A stretch of DNA of 64,000 nt, taken from NCBI GenBank assembly GCA_964496425.1, contig CAZBZO010000002.1:130450-194449 (forward strand). Direction: 5' to 3'. Under the pieces are notes generated by a model that worked only from the letters and a program-made list of their open reading frames with translations, was not told the origin of the DNA and ran no database searches. The stretch comes from an uncultured Candidatus Saccharibacteria bacterium (GTDB taxonomy: Bacteria > Patescibacteriota > Minisyncoccia > Phycocordibacterales > UBA9973). How positions within the stretch are numbered: the first letter of the stretch is position 1; each line of letters starts with the position of its first letter. Position numbers and translations under genes: made by a program. This document shows, in pieces, positions 36,323 to 46,686 of this stretch.

Positions 36323-36901
36323 TTACTTGTTTTCAAACACTTTCACACGTGCAGGTCGGATGATCCGGTCAGAGGTTTTGTAACCTTTTTGGACCACCTT
36401 GGCGATCATGCCGTCTTGTGACTTTTCTTCGGTTGGTACTGTATCGATAGCCTCATGGGTATTGGAATCCACTGGCTCCCCTTCAGCCGGTGCGATCTCA
36501 GTGACTCCATATTCTGCAAGCACTTTCAAAAGCTGAGCGTGAATGTATTCCACGCCACTCCTCCAGCTTTTATCTACCTTCTCCCAAGCCTCTTTGTTGG
36601 AAAATGCCATATCGTAGGCATCGAGTACTGGCAAGAGCTCTTCGATAAATTGTTCACGAGCGACTTCACCGGTGCGCTTCAATCGTGCACCTTCATCTTT
36701 TTTATAATTTTGAAAATCCGCTCGCTCACGCTGCCAGTTGGTCAGATATTCGAGTTTTTCTGCCCGAGCTTCTTTGACGTCTTTGCGGAGCTTTTTGAGC
36801 GTGGCCTTGATGTCTTCTTCCCCATCGTCATTGAATACAAATTCCACCACATCGTCTTCCTCTTCAGGAATCATTTCTTCCTTTTTTTCTTCATCTTGCA
36901 T
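36323..36901 (-). CDS. grpE: Nucleotide exchange factor GrpE
   Basis: ADFQNYKK, LLPVLD, HEAI, QKGY...IRPARV. Confidence 0.95.
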   Translation of the reverse strand: MQDEEKKEEMIPEEEDDVVEFVFNDDGEEDIKATLKKLRKDVKEARAEKLEYLTNWQRERADFQNYKKDEGARLKRTGEVAREQFIEELLPVLDAYDMAFSNKEAWEKVDKSWRSGVEYIHAQLLKVLAEYGVTEIAPAEGEPVDSNTHEAIDTVPTEEKSQDGMIAKVVQKGYKTSDRIIRPARVKVFENK

Positions 36902-36937
36902 GCGCGCATTTTAACATACCAAGCCGGTTTCGTAAAT

Positions 36938-37459
36938 TTAATATTTTCTCGAATCATAGGCCCAATGCAAGAGCGCCTGGCGCTGGCGAGGACGACAGTG
37001 AATATCTCCTGGCCGGCAATGCGCCCGTATCTGGCCGATATGTCTGCGAATCGCCTTCCACCGCTGTATCTGCTTTGTATCCTCCCGTGGCAAACGCCGT
37101 CCCATATAGTAGCGGCAATACCATTCAAACCAGCCATGTGGGTCATCTTTCCCGATCCAGCCTTTACGCTGCCACTCTGCAAGTGACTGACTCGCAAGAA
37201 CGCCAAAGAAATTATTTTCTTTATGCTGTATATTGTCTGGTGAAAGTTTTACCCGTCGCCACCACGACGCTGGATATTCTTTTGGCTTCAAATTATTTTC
37301 ACCGATAAAATATGCGCCGCCAAACACTCCGAGTGCAAGCATTTCTTTTGGCGATAGGTCGGGCTTGAATTCTGAATCAAAATTTTTACCCATCGGCTCG
37401 GTATTGCTATACGAATACTTTTTTTGAAAATTATTATGTACGCGAATAGTATTGTTCAT
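36938..37459 (-). CDS. Conserved hypothetical protein (start reassigned to MNNTI)
   Basis: PKEMLALGVFGG, DPHGWFEWYCRYYMGRR, RQALLHWAYD motifs. Confidence 0.75.
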   Translation of the reverse strand: MNNTIRVHNNFQKKYSYSNTEPMGKNFDSEFKPDLSPKEMLALGVFGGAYFIGENNLKPKEYPASWWRRVKLSPDNIQHKENNFFGVLASQSLAEWQRKGWIGKDDPHGWFEWYCRYYMGRRLPREDTKQIQRWKAIRRHIGQIRAHCRPGDIHCRPRQRQALLHWAYDSRKY

Positions 37460-37525
37460 GCCGCCATCATACCATAGCAAAACACGCATCAATATGATGC
37501 GTGTTTTGTAAAACTAATTAAACAG

Positions 37526-38041
37526 TTAGGCGCTAACGTACTCTCGTACTTCTTTGGCACCTGTTTTAAGAAATATATCTTTTGTGATGAGCGTGGATGT
37601 TCGTGCAATGACAAGCACGTCTCCAGCACGTACGAATGATTCGTAGAGATTTGCATCAGTATCACTGACACCAAGTCCTCCTAAAGCGCCGATCAATCCT
37701 CCTGCAGCGGCTCCAGTCGCAGCTCCTGCTACAGTAGCAGCAGCTGCGCCGGTAAAACCAAGTGCAGTAGCAAGTGGTCCAGCTACAAATAATGTTCCCA
37801 AGCCTGGCAATATGCCGTTGGCGACAACAAGTCCAGCTATTGCGCCGAGTACTGCACCCGTGGTTACTCCAGTCGCAGCACCCGCGCCAACCTTATCTCC
37901 CGTTTTGGCATCTGCAATGTCCCCGCTTGCATTCATGTAGACGTACGAAAGATCCACATCTTCAATTCCTGTCGCTTTAAGCTCGTTGATAGCCTTCGCT
38001 GCTCCCTCATGTGTAGTATAAACTCCAAGTGTTGTATGCAT
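37526..38041 (-). CDS. General-stress/Gly-zipper membrane protein
   Basis: GAATG...GAVLG...LPGLG...AGPL Gly-zipper pattern. Confidence 0.8.
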   Translation of the reverse strand: MHTTLGVYTTHEGAAKAINELKATGIEDVDLSYVYMNASGDIADAKTGDKVGAGAATGVTTGAVLGAIAGLVVANGILPGLGTLFVAGPLATALGFTGAAAATVAGAATGAAAGGLIGALGGLGVSDTDANLYESFVRAGDVLVIARTSTLITKDIFLKTGAKEVREYVSA

Positions 38042-38159
38042 AAATTAAATAAAAAACTTAGGTGAATAATCTTATCCGACACTTAGAATGACGAATGAAC
38101 ATTCATTTCGTGATGAAAAAACACCTGGACAATCCAGGTGTTTTTTGTTGATGTATATA

Positions 38160-38570
38160 TTAACGTTTTGACCACTGTGGTGCCTTGCGAGCTTTTTTGA
38201 GTCCGAATTTACGGCGCTCTTTTGCACGCGGATCACGTTTCAAATATCCGCTTTGCTTGAGCTTTGGCTTCATTTCTGCATCAAAGATCACGAGTGCGCG
38301 AGCGAGCCCATGGCGAATCGCTTCTGCTTGTGAGTGTACTCCGCCGCCTGAAATAACGACAGTCACAGTGAATTTATCCTCTGGCTTTTCAGTGTTGTAT
38401 GGATCGATGATTATTTTTCGAAGTTCGTTGGTCTTAAAATATTCGTTGGCCGGGAGACCGTTTACCACGAAGCTAGACTTAGCTGCTGGTGTGAGACGTA
38501 CACGGGCGCTTGAAGTCTTGCGGCGACCGATCGTTTCAATATATTTTGTGTCTTTTTTATCTTTATCCAT
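38160..38570 (-). CDS. rpsI: 30S ribosomal protein S9
   Basis: GRRKTSSARV, ERRKFGLKKARKAPQWSKR. Confidence 0.97.
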   Translation of the reverse strand: MDKDKKDTKYIETIGRRKTSSARVRLTPAAKSSFVVNGLPANEYFKTNELRKIIIDPYNTEKPEDKFTVTVVISGGGVHSQAEAIRHGLARALVIFDAEMKPKLKQSGYLKRDPRAKERRKFGLKKARKAPQWSKR

Positions 38571-38574
38571 ACAA

Positions 38575-38949
38575 TTATTCTTTAACAATCAAATTTTTCA
38601 TAATGCGTGAGCGAAGTTTGTTGGAAGGCACCATACCATAGACTGCGAGACGAAATATTTCACTGTAGCCTTTTTTGGAAATAACATGCGCCATGGTGTC
38701 GGAACGAAGACCGTCTGGGTAGCCAGAATAACGCTTGTACTGCTTTGTGTTGAGCTTGGCTTCAGAAATCTTTGCGCGACTTGCGTTGGTGATCGTCACA
38801 GTGACTGGAGAAACGTTGTTTCTAGTAAACCCCGCAGCTGCTTTACCAACCAAAATCTTAGCCGCGGCGCTTGCCACTCGGCCAATACTTTGCTCGGTTG
38901 CATCGATCGTATGAGTTGTTTTTTCTGTTGCTTTGGAAATGGTGTTCAT
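38575..38949 (-). CDS. rplM: 50S ribosomal protein L13
   Basis: IDAT..SIGR.AS, YSGYPDGL, AVYGMVP. Confidence 0.93.
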   Translation of the reverse strand: MNTISKATEKTTHTIDATEQSIGRVASAAAKILVGKAAAGFTRNNVSPVTVTITNASRAKISEAKLNTKQYKRYSGYPDGLRSDTMAHVISKKGYSEIFRLAVYGMVPSNKLRSRIMKNLIVKE

Positions 38950-38970
38950 AAAATTTTAATTATTGAAATA

Positions 38971-39324
38971 CTATACAAACTCAATCAATGCCATCTTACT
39001 TCCATCTGAAAGACGTGTTGGAAGCTTGGTAATGCGAGTATACCCTCCTTTTCGGTCAGCGTATTTTGGGGCAATCGTATCAAACAGCTTTTTGGTTTCT
39101 GGCTTTCGGTTCATAAGACGCGCTACCACAAGTCTTCGGGAAGCCACATCGCCTACTTTGGCCTTTGTCACGAGCTTATCCATATACGGTCGAAGTTCGC
39201 GCGCTTTCGCATCAGTTGTTTTTATTTTGCCGCGAGTAATCAAAGAAAGCGCCAAGCTCTTCAAGAGAGCGCTGCGGACTCCTTTTTTTCTGCCAAATTT
39301 TCTGTTGTTATTTCCGTGTCGCAT
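38971..39324 (-). CDS. rplQ: 50S ribosomal protein L17
   Basis: MRHG, IKTT.AKA.ELR, GGYTRI. Confidence 0.96.
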   Translation of the reverse strand: MRHGNNNRKFGRKKGVRSALLKSLALSLITRGKIKTTDAKARELRPYMDKLVTKAKVGDVASRRLVVARLMNRKPETKKLFDTIAPKYADRKGGYTRITKLPTRLSDGSKMALIEFV

Positions 39325-39361
39325 GGGTAGTTATAGATAGTAGTAAATAGTTAATAGAAAA

Positions 39362-40327
39362 TTATTCTTTGAGGCCAATACCAAAGTTGCCGAGCACTTT
39401 TTTTATTTCAGTAATACCCTTCTCACCGATTCCTTCAAGCTCAAGCAAATCTTCTTTGCGCTTGCGAGCCACTCCTCCGATCGTGCGGATGTTTGCTCCT
39501 TGAAGAGCATTGAGCGTACGAGTGGTGAGTTCGAGGGTGTCGATGCGAGTTTTCAGTACATCGCTCATATCTTCCTTTGGGGATTCGTCTTTGGTTTTTC
39601 CACTTTCTTTTGCAGTTTCAGATGTACTTGTCTCTGGCTTAAAATCCAAAACAGCTTGGAGCTGGGAAATCATGATTTCAACTGATCGCTCAAGAGCTTC
39701 ACGTGGCGAAAATGTACCGTCGGTCTCGATCGCGATACGCAAACGGTTGAAGTTGGTCTTATCCCCCACACGCATGTTTTCCACTTCGTATGACACACGG
39801 CGGATCGGAGAAAAAATAGCATCGAGCGCAATAGTGCCGATATCAACCTTATTTTTTTCTAGCTCTTCTCGCTGAGCAAAGCCGAGGCCTTTTTCTATTT
39901 TAAATTCGATATTAAGTTTGGCATTTTTGTCGGTCAATTCGCAGATGTACTGATCAGGGTTGAGTACTTCTACTTGTCCTGTGCCTTTAATATCAGCAGC
40001 CGTCACAACTTTTGCTCCTTTGACTGAAAGTGTTATGGTCTGCGCTTCGTCAGTATTCATTTTAAAACGTACCAGCTTCAAATTGAGAAGTGTCATCACA
40101 ATATCTTCCTTCATTCCTTCCATCGTGGAAAATTCGTGTGAGACGCCGTCGATTTTAAGCGCGGTAATAGCTGCACCTGGAAGCGAGGATAGAATGATCC
40201 GTCGCAAAGAATTACCCAAGGTATGACCATACCCAGGATAAAGGTTGTCGATTTCATATACCCCTTTGCGATCTTCCTCGGATACGATGCGAGGTTTAGA
40301 GGGGAGCATGATTGTGTTGTCAGCCAT
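39362..40327 (-). CDS. rpoA: RNA polymerase alpha subunit
   Basis: GYGHTLGNSLRRIILSS, HEFST, C-terminal domain. Confidence 0.97.
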   Translation of the reverse strand: MADNTIMLPSKPRIVSEEDRKGVYEIDNLYPGYGHTLGNSLRRIILSSLPGAAITALKIDGVSHEFSTMEGMKEDIVMTLLNLKLVRFKMNTDEAQTITLSVKGAKVVTAADIKGTGQVEVLNPDQYICELTDKNAKLNIEFKIEKGLGFAQREELEKNKVDIGTIALDAIFSPIRRVSYEVENMRVGDKTNFNRLRIAIETDGTFSPREALERSVEIMISQLQAVLDFKPETSTSETAKESGKTKDESPKEDMSDVLKTRIDTLELTTRTLNALQGANIRTIGGVARKRKEDLLELEGIGEKGITEIKKVLGNFGIGLKE

Positions 40328-40356
40328 AGACCTTTTATAAAAAATTATTTAATAAA

Positions 40357-40965
40357 CTAACGACTATAAAATTCGAGCACTGATGTAAGATTCAAAAGAC
40401 CTGCTTCTTGTTTAGGTGCGCCAATAACGGTGCCTTCGAGCGTATCTGGATTAAACGTGAGCCAGGACGGGGTTGAGTAGGTTTTCAATCGTTTTCCCAA
40501 GTCATTGAAGAGAACACTGTTCTTACTCCCCTCGCGAATACGGATAATATCTCCTTGACGTACATGGTATGACGGAACTGTCACTCGGACGCCGTTTACT
40601 GTAAAGTGGCCATGCGAAACGAGTTGGCGAGCAAGCGGTCGTGTATGAGCGATACCGAGACGATACAGAGTGTTGTCGAGCCGAGTCTCAAGGTTTTCAA
40701 AGAGTGTGGATGCTGCACTTGAAGCTTTTTTGGTCACAGCAGCTTTTACGTAGTTTGAAAATTGCCGTTCAGAAAGTCCATAGCTAAAGCGAATGCGTTG
40801 CTTCTCGATCAGCTGAAGTCCGAAATCAGATGGTGCTTTTGGACGTTTCGTTCCTGAGCGCTTTCCCTTTTTTGCTTCAGACATGACAAACTTCGCAGTT
40901 TGGCATTGCTCAAACACTCCAGGACCCAATCTTCGACACACTTTGTATTTTTTCTTTGCGATCAT
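40357..40965 (-). CDS. rpsD: 30S ribosomal protein S4
   Basis: QLIEKQ, LETRLDN, ARQLVSHGH. Confidence 0.97.
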   Translation of the reverse strand: MIAKKKYKVCRRLGPGVFEQCQTAKFVMSEAKKGKRSGTKRPKAPSDFGLQLIEKQRIRFSYGLSERQFSNYVKAAVTKKASSAASTLFENLETRLDNTLYRLGIAHTRPLARQLVSHGHFTVNGVRVTVPSYHVRQGDIIRIREGSKNSVLFNDLGKRLKTYSTPSWLTFNPDTLEGTVIGAPKQEAGLLNLTSVLEFYSR

Positions 40966-41001
40966 TTGTTGATAAATTAGTTAGTAGAAAATAGTAATTT
41001 A

Positions 41002-41445
41002 TTATACGCGACGAGGTTTCTTAGGCTTTGGACCGTTATGTGGTACAGGCGTTGCATCTTTGACTCCGGTGATATCGATACCATGAGCCATAAAAGATCG
41101 TACTACGGGTTCTCGTCCAGAGCCGACACCACGGATCACAACATCAGCTTCCACGATTCCCAATGCTTTGGCTTTTTCTCCGAGGATATCCCCTACTTTA
41201 GAAGCAGCAAATGGTGTACCTTTCTTTGCGCCGCGAAAACCTAAGCTACCAGCCGAAGACCAGAAAAGTGTATTGCCACCTTTGTCAGCAAATACCACTT
41301 TTGTATTGTTGAATGTTGCCTCAATAGACAAAATACCTGAAGTCAATTTCTTCTTTGGTAATTTTGCCTCTACTGGTTTTACTACTTCAGCGTTTCCAGC
41401 ATCAGCCTCGGCTCCTTCTTTAGTTATGATTTTCTTTTTTCCCAT
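41002..41445 (-). CDS. rpsK: 30S ribosomal protein S11
   Basis: TFNNT, KKGTPFAA, DATPVPHNG. Confidence 0.96.
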   Translation of the reverse strand: MGKKKIITKEGAEADAGNAEVVKPVEAKLPKKKLTSGILSIEATFNNTKVVFADKGGNTLFWSSAGSLGFRGAKKGTPFAASKVGDILGEKAKALGIVEADVVIRGVGSGREPVVRSFMAHGIDITGVKDATPVPHNGPKPKKPRRV

Positions 41446-41493
41446 TGGAATATATGTGTTTGTGTTATGATCTCCTGCTTTCTCCTTCCTATT

Positions 41494-41874
41494 TTATGTC
41501 TTCTCTACCTTACGGCGACCACTACCCATAGTCTTTCTGATATTTCCTCGTACGGTTCGGGAGTTGGTTTTTGTTCTCTGGCCTGAGACTGGGAGCCGGC
41601 GGAGATGTCTCACTCCGCGATAGCACTTAATATCTTTCAAGCGCTTAATGTTGGCTGCAACCTCACGTTTGAGGTTACCTTCAATCTTAAGCTCTTCAAC
41701 AATTTTTCTGATTTGATTTTCTTCAGCCGCAGAAAGATCAGCTGCATGAGTACTTGGCTTTACTCCGACATCGGTCAATATTTTTCGAGCACGCGGAATA
41801 CCGATGCCGTACAGAGATGTGAGGCCGATTTCAAGACGTTTATCGTTTGGGATTGTGATACCGAGAATTCTCAT
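41494..41874 (-). CDS. rpsM: 30S ribosomal protein S13
   Basis: LYGIG, YRGVRH..LPV.GQRTKTNSRT. Confidence 0.97.
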   Translation of the reverse strand: MRILGITIPNDKRLEIGLTSLYGIGIPRARKILTDVGVKPSTHAADLSAAEENQIRKIVEELKIEGNLKREVAANIKRLKDIKCYRGVRHLRRLPVSGQRTKTNSRTVRGNIRKTMGSGRRKVEKT

Positions 41875-41879
41875 AAAAA

Positions 41880-41990
41880 TTATTGTTTTTGCTTATGCTT
41901 AGGATTCGTACAAATAACCCGAAGGTGTCTCTTTCGGCGAATAAGTTTGCAAGATTCACACATTTTTTTTACTCGGGCTCGTACTTTCAT
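41880..41990 (-). CDS. rpmJ: 50S ribosomal protein L36 (absent from the ORF track)
   Basis: [36 protein letters not shown]. Confidence 0.95.
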   Translation of the reverse strand: MKVRARVKKMCESCKLIRRKRHLRVICTNPKHKQKQ

Positions 41991-42072
41991 ATGTAAAATT
42001 TATTGGGATTTAATTTCTATAGTACAAAATAAAGGGCATAACCCTTATTTTGGATACGTAATACCTATGCTG

Positions 42073-42294
42073 TTATAGACGCTTCACAATTCTACCTTTT
42101 CCACCGTAGGGATCAAGTACGACCTCTACTTTATCACCAACCAGTACCTTGATACGGTTCATGCGCATTTTGCCAGAAAGGTATGCGAGTAACTCTGTTT
42201 CGTCGCCAAGACGTACTCGAAAGAGCGTATTTGGCAATGCTTCAGAGACGACCCCTCCTGTCGTGCTCATTTTTTGATCTTTTTCAGTACCCAT
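42073..42294 (-). CDS. infA: Translation initiation factor IF-1
   Basis: EALPNTLFRV, SGKMRMNRIKVLVGDKV. Confidence 0.95.
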   Translation of the reverse strand: MGTEKDQKMSTTGGVVSEALPNTLFRVRLGDETELLAYLSGKMRMNRIKVLVGDKVEVVLDPYGGKGRIVKRL

Positions 42295-42396
42295 TAGTGA
42301 GTTCGTAGATAGTAACAAATATCATTCTATAAGTCAAATTAAAAACATCTGATAACTCTCGCGTTTGAGCGCCATAACAAGAAAACAAAAATACCT

Positions 42397-43671
42397 TTAT
42401 TCTATATGGACTTTTATGTCTTTGGAGTCAGTCGGCAAGGTCATTTTCCAAAATGGAGTAAGCATCAACTCCGCAGTATCCACACTTAAGTTTTGAGCTA
42501 ATATTTTTTGGAAATCCTTTTTGGCTGTACCGAGGAGCGATGCGACCAATGCATCAGTATCTATGCTCCACACAGCGTTGCCGGTACCGCTTAACAAGAA
42601 AGAAATCTCCTCTGTTTGAAGCGGTGAGACATCTGTTTTGTTTGAAAGCGTGGCAGTTGCCTCATGCAAGTTTGTAATGCGTACCGCGTCTCGATCTTTC
42701 TCGGTAGTGAAGCTTTTTGCCAGAGTTCGTTCGAGAGTTTTACGATGTATGAGAAGGGCTGAGATTGTTGCATGAAGTGAGACTGGCACAGACGCAGAAG
42801 ATGAGGAAAGTGTAAGAGTAGAGTCAGTATCAGGGCTAAAGAAAATCAAATCATCGTAAAGAATAAAATCCTCGGGAACTTGAGCACGAAGCTCTTGAGT
42901 CAAATTGGCTCGAGCTTTCTCCACAAGCGAATCTCTCGCTGCAAGCGCACTGGTTTCTGAAATTTTATGTACCTGGCCTTCTGTTCCACCTGAAATATCG
43001 CTTTTTGAACGGGCAAAAAATTTCTCAAATTTTGCACTCCCGGCAAAACCAGGAATCGTAAAGTCCGACGGCCCGATGTTGTACTCTGGTCCTGCCTGGT
43101 CTGCTGTCACTGTCACCGTCACAGAGCCAGGGACGATCGTAGTACCTGTTTTGGTATATCCCGGCACAGTAACTTGCTTATCGATCCGGTAAATTTTCTT
43201 ATCAGGTGTTTGAAGACGAGTCGTAGCTACTAAACCCTGTGAAGCAGTGGAATATTCATTGTAAATAACAACGGTACCGGTAGCTTTTTCTGAGGCAGTG
43301 GATGTCGTCTCCCCTGGCACATCGATTGTCTCATCATCAGTGAGCGACATGACTGTAAAAGATACTGCTTCAGGGTCAGTCGAGTCTTTCAGTGCTACCA
43401 CGGTATCGTCAAGCGTAACAACTTTTGATTTTGGCACAACGTTTACCGTTGCTCCAGCAAAAATAAACGAAAGCGAAAATAACAACACTATAATAGCTGG
43501 TATCGCAATAAACCAGAGCACATGGCGACGCGGTGGTGGTGGAGCCTGATAAACCTCCTGCTCTTGATAGGTCGCGGGCTCTTCTACTTCCACCCGTGTT
43601 GTGCTCGTCTTGGCTCGCGTCACAGTAGTACGTGTGAGGGGTTGTATATCTTGTAAAATATTTTTTTTCAT
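42397..43671 (-). CDS. CPR-conserved bitopic protein with a baseplate-J-like extracellular region
   Basis: One TM; KATGTVVIYN, V.ADQAGPEYNI, FTIPG, GG motifs. Confidence 0.7.
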   Translation of the reverse strand: MKKNILQDIQPLTRTTVTRAKTSTTRVEVEEPATYQEQEVYQAPPPPRRHVLWFIAIPAIIVLLFSLSFIFAGATVNVVPKSKVVTLDDTVVALKDSTDPEAVSFTVMSLTDDETIDVPGETTSTASEKATGTVVIYNEYSTASQGLVATTRLQTPDKKIYRIDKQVTVPGYTKTGTTIVPGSVTVTVTADQAGPEYNIGPSDFTIPGFAGSAKFEKFFARSKSDISGGTEGQVHKISETSALAARDSLVEKARANLTQELRAQVPEDFILYDDLIFFSPDTDSTLTLSSSSASVPVSLHATISALLIHRKTLERTLAKSFTTEKDRDAVRITNLHEATATLSNKTDVSPLQTEEISFLLSGTGNAVWSIDTDALVASLLGTAKKDFQKILAQNLSVDTAELMLTPFWKMTLPTDSKDIKVHIE

Positions 43672-43673
43672 AA

Positions 43674-44858
43674 TTATTTTTTAGTAAGTGTGTGTATAAA
43701 AATGCTTTCAAGCATGATAAAGGGGTTGCGTACTACTCGATCACCAGAAGTACAAAAATCATGCAGAACCGCTGGTCCTATAAGTATAACATTAAATTTT
43801 TTTTCTGAGAGTACATGTTGGCTAAATTCTTCAGCTTGTATCACTTCGACAAACCAAGAGGCAATATCTTCATCGACCGTGACAAATACCTGCTCGGGTA
43901 CTGACAATTCATCTGAGATAGAAAATAATGCTTGTTGAAAAGCTGAAAGCCAATCTTTTTTTGCTTGGGTAAATATGGGTTGAAGGGCTGCTTTGGCAGC
44001 TTCCTCCATGCCACCGCCTAAAAAGAGTGCAATGAGAGACCGTATTTCTGCGGGAGTTTTACCGAGCTGCGTAGCAATACGGCGCAAAATAAAATTTTTA
44101 CCGAGAGGGAAAGAGACGGATTCGACGAGGTTGGTATTTTTAATGATAGACACATCAGTGACCTCTCCACCAATATCCAAAAGTAGGAAGTTGTGATCAT
44201 GGGCAAACAAATTGCGGGAAACGACAAAAGAAGAGAACAAAAATGAAAGAAAGTTGATTGCTGGTAGGGTAAAAGATTTTTCAATCGCATGCTCCACGCG
44301 TTCGATCACAATCTTTGGACTAACGCTAAAAAATGCTGTGAGCTCAATCTCGCGTGCTTTTTTCCCAAATGGAGTTTCAGTTTGATACCCGTTGAGTTTG
44401 ATTTCAATATTTTTTGTTTCCAAAAGTTTTAGGTTGCCCGGATCACCAAACTTTTTTAGATCCACTGCTTCAAATGATGTAATCTCTTTATTGATAAGCT
44501 CGGTTGAAAGTTTCTCCGTAAAAAGAAAAGGTGCATTCTTAGAAAGCTTCATTACTCTGATCTGTGAGGCATACCACGGGGATGCCATGAAACAAAAGGC
44601 CTTTTTCGGAGCACCGAGCTTGATATCTTTCAAAAGACGGGCAACGGTAGCTACGGACTCCTGCATAACGTTTAAAAATTTATCAAAGGAAAGATCGTCG
44701 GATAGCTCAAGTTCGACCGTGGTCGTGTACACAATAGTTGGTTTTGAAGATATTTTAGAATCAGCTGGCATACGAACAAGCGCTCCAGACACAGACGCAC
44801 TGCCGATATCAAAAATAGCAACAAGCTCTTCGTTTTTTGATGAGGAAAATATTCCCAT
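43674..44858 (-). CDS. FtsA/PilM-like actin-fold protein
   Basis: IFDIGSASV and LDIGGEVTDV phosphate loops, SFPLG. Confidence 0.7.
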   Translation of the reverse strand: MGIFSSSKNEELVAIFDIGSASVSGALVRMPADSKISSKPTIVYTTTVELELSDDLSFDKFLNVMQESVATVARLLKDIKLGAPKKAFCFMASPWYASQIRVMKLSKNAPFLFTEKLSTELINKEITSFEAVDLKKFGDPGNLKLLETKNIEIKLNGYQTETPFGKKAREIELTAFFSVSPKIVIERVEHAIEKSFTLPAINFLSFLFSSFVVSRNLFAHDHNFLLLDIGGEVTDVSIIKNTNLVESVSFPLGKNFILRRIATQLGKTPAEIRSLIALFLGGGMEEAAKAALQPIFTQAKKDWLSAFQQALFSISDELSVPEQVFVTVDEDIASWFVEVIQAEEFSQHVLSEKKFNVILIGPAVLHDFCTSGDRVVRNPFIMLESIFIHTLTKK

Positions 44859-44914
44859 AGCTCTTAGTAGTATAGCATGGTGAATAAATCTAACGATAGT
44901 AAAATTTTATTTTG

Positions 44915-46654
44915 CTAACTGAGCACTGCCTTAATACGCCGCACGCCTTGCGATGATGCTTCTTCTTTTTGGATTTTGAAACTACCAAGCTCGCTTGTAC
45001 GCGCTACATGCGGGCCACCACAGAATTCTTTTGAGATTGGTTGGTTGTTTTTATCTAAAATCATGTAGACCGAAACCATATCAGGATACTTGGCACCGAA
45101 TTCCATTTCCGCTCCGATTTTTTCTGCCTCATCACGAGGCATTTCACGGCGGACTACTTCAAGATCCCCTGCTATCCAATCATTGACGAGAGTTTCTGCT
45201 TTTTGTTTTTCTTCGTCTGTCATTTTTCTATCAAATGCAAAGTCGATACGGAGCCGCTCTTCAGTAATGTTACTTCCCCGTTGTTTGACTTCTTTGCCCA
45301 AGACTTGCTGCAATGCAGCCAAAAGCAAATGATGCGCTGTATGCAAACGAATAGTTTTTTCGTTGTGATTGGCAAGCCCGCCTTTAAACATACCGGCGGA
45401 AGCGGTTTGAGAAAGTTTCTGATGCTCAGCCATTTTGGTATTGAAATCCTCCATATCAATCGTCTGGCCTTTCTCTTTAGTAAGTTCAACTGTCAGCTCA
45501 ATTGGGAAACCATATGTTGTAGCAAGAATAAAGGGATCTACTCCTTTTTCGAATTCTTTTTCTCCAACATAAAGGGTTTTAGTAAATTTTTCCTTTTCTG
45601 TGTAGAAAATATTTTTTATATCCACTTCTCCAAGTACAGGATAAATTTCTTTATAAAAATTAACAAAGTAGTCAATTACTTCTGGAGCAATATGACTACC
45701 GAGAAGTTTAATTTTCATTTTGAAAATAGCCCGGCGAAGTAATCGTCGCAAGACATATCCTTGATCTTTATTACCCGGAACAACACCGTCCGCAATAAGA
45801 AAACTTGAGGTTCTCAAATGGTCTGCGACTATTCGTGCCTCTTTTTCTTCATAATTTTTTGAGTTTTTCTTAATTATATCTAGCGCTGATGTAAAAATAT
45901 CTGTCTCATACGCCGTCTTCGTTCCTTGCATTACTGCTGTGATGCGCTCAAGTCCTGCACCAGTATCAACATTCCTTTGAGTAAGTTTGCCGATCACCTT
46001 TCCATCTTTTTTCTCATATTCCATAAAAACGTCATTCCATATTTCAATGACATCTTCTTTTTTCACTGCATCAATAAATTGCTCTTTATTAAGGTCACCT
46101 ATTGTACCGGTCACATCGTAAAACATTTCTGTGCACGGACCACAGGGACCATTGTCACCGGGACTCCACCAGTTATCATCTGCTGGCAATGCATAAATCC
46201 TGTCCTCTGGAATGCCAAGACTTTTCCAAATCCCAATTGACTCCGTATCAAGTGGCGCATTTTCATCTCCTTCAAATACGGTGACGTAGAGCTGTGCAGG
46301 GTTGAGTCCTAGGCCTTCTTCTTTTGATGTGAGAAATTCATAGCTCCACTTAATCGCGTCTTCTTTGAAGTAGTCGCCGAGCGACCAGTTGCCCATCATT
46401 TCAAAAAAAGAAAAGTGACGATTGTCGCCAATATCATCGAGATCGCCCGTACGCACACATTTTTGAATATCAGCGATTCGTTTGCCGGCTGGATGTGGCT
46501 CGCCAAGAAGATACGGCACGAGAGGCTGCATGCCGGCTGTATTGAAAAGCACTGATGGATCGTTTAAGGGCACAAGTGGCGCCGACGGAATAATCGCATG
46601 GCCGCGAGCAGCAAAAAAAGCCAGGAATCGCTTACGTATTTCTTCGGATTGCAT
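44915..46654 (-). CDS. alaS: Alanine--tRNA ligase, short form without the C-Ala domain
   Basis: FNTAGMQP, FEMMGNWS.GDYFK, HTAHHLL, EFCGGPHV. Confidence 0.95.
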   Translation of the reverse strand: MQSEEIRKRFLAFFAARGHAIIPSAPLVPLNDPSVLFNTAGMQPLVPYLLGEPHPAGKRIADIQKCVRTGDLDDIGDNRHFSFFEMMGNWSLGDYFKEDAIKWSYEFLTSKEEGLGLNPAQLYVTVFEGDENAPLDTESIGIWKSLGIPEDRIYALPADDNWWSPGDNGPCGPCTEMFYDVTGTIGDLNKEQFIDAVKKEDVIEIWNDVFMEYEKKDGKVIGKLTQRNVDTGAGLERITAVMQGTKTAYETDIFTSALDIIKKNSKNYEEKEARIVADHLRTSSFLIADGVVPGNKDQGYVLRRLLRRAIFKMKIKLLGSHIAPEVIDYFVNFYKEIYPVLGEVDIKNIFYTEKEKFTKTLYVGEKEFEKGVDPFILATTYGFPIELTVELTKEKGQTIDMEDFNTKMAEHQKLSQTASAGMFKGGLANHNEKTIRLHTAHHLLLAALQQVLGKEVKQRGSNITEERLRIDFAFDRKMTDEEKQKAETLVNDWIAGDLEVVRREMPRDEAEKIGAEMEFGAKYPDMVSVYMILDKNNQPISKEFCGGPHVARTSELGSFKIQKEEASSQGVRRIKAVLS

Positions 46655-46686
46655 GGCGGCAGTATATCAGAAAAAAGGAGAGCTTT

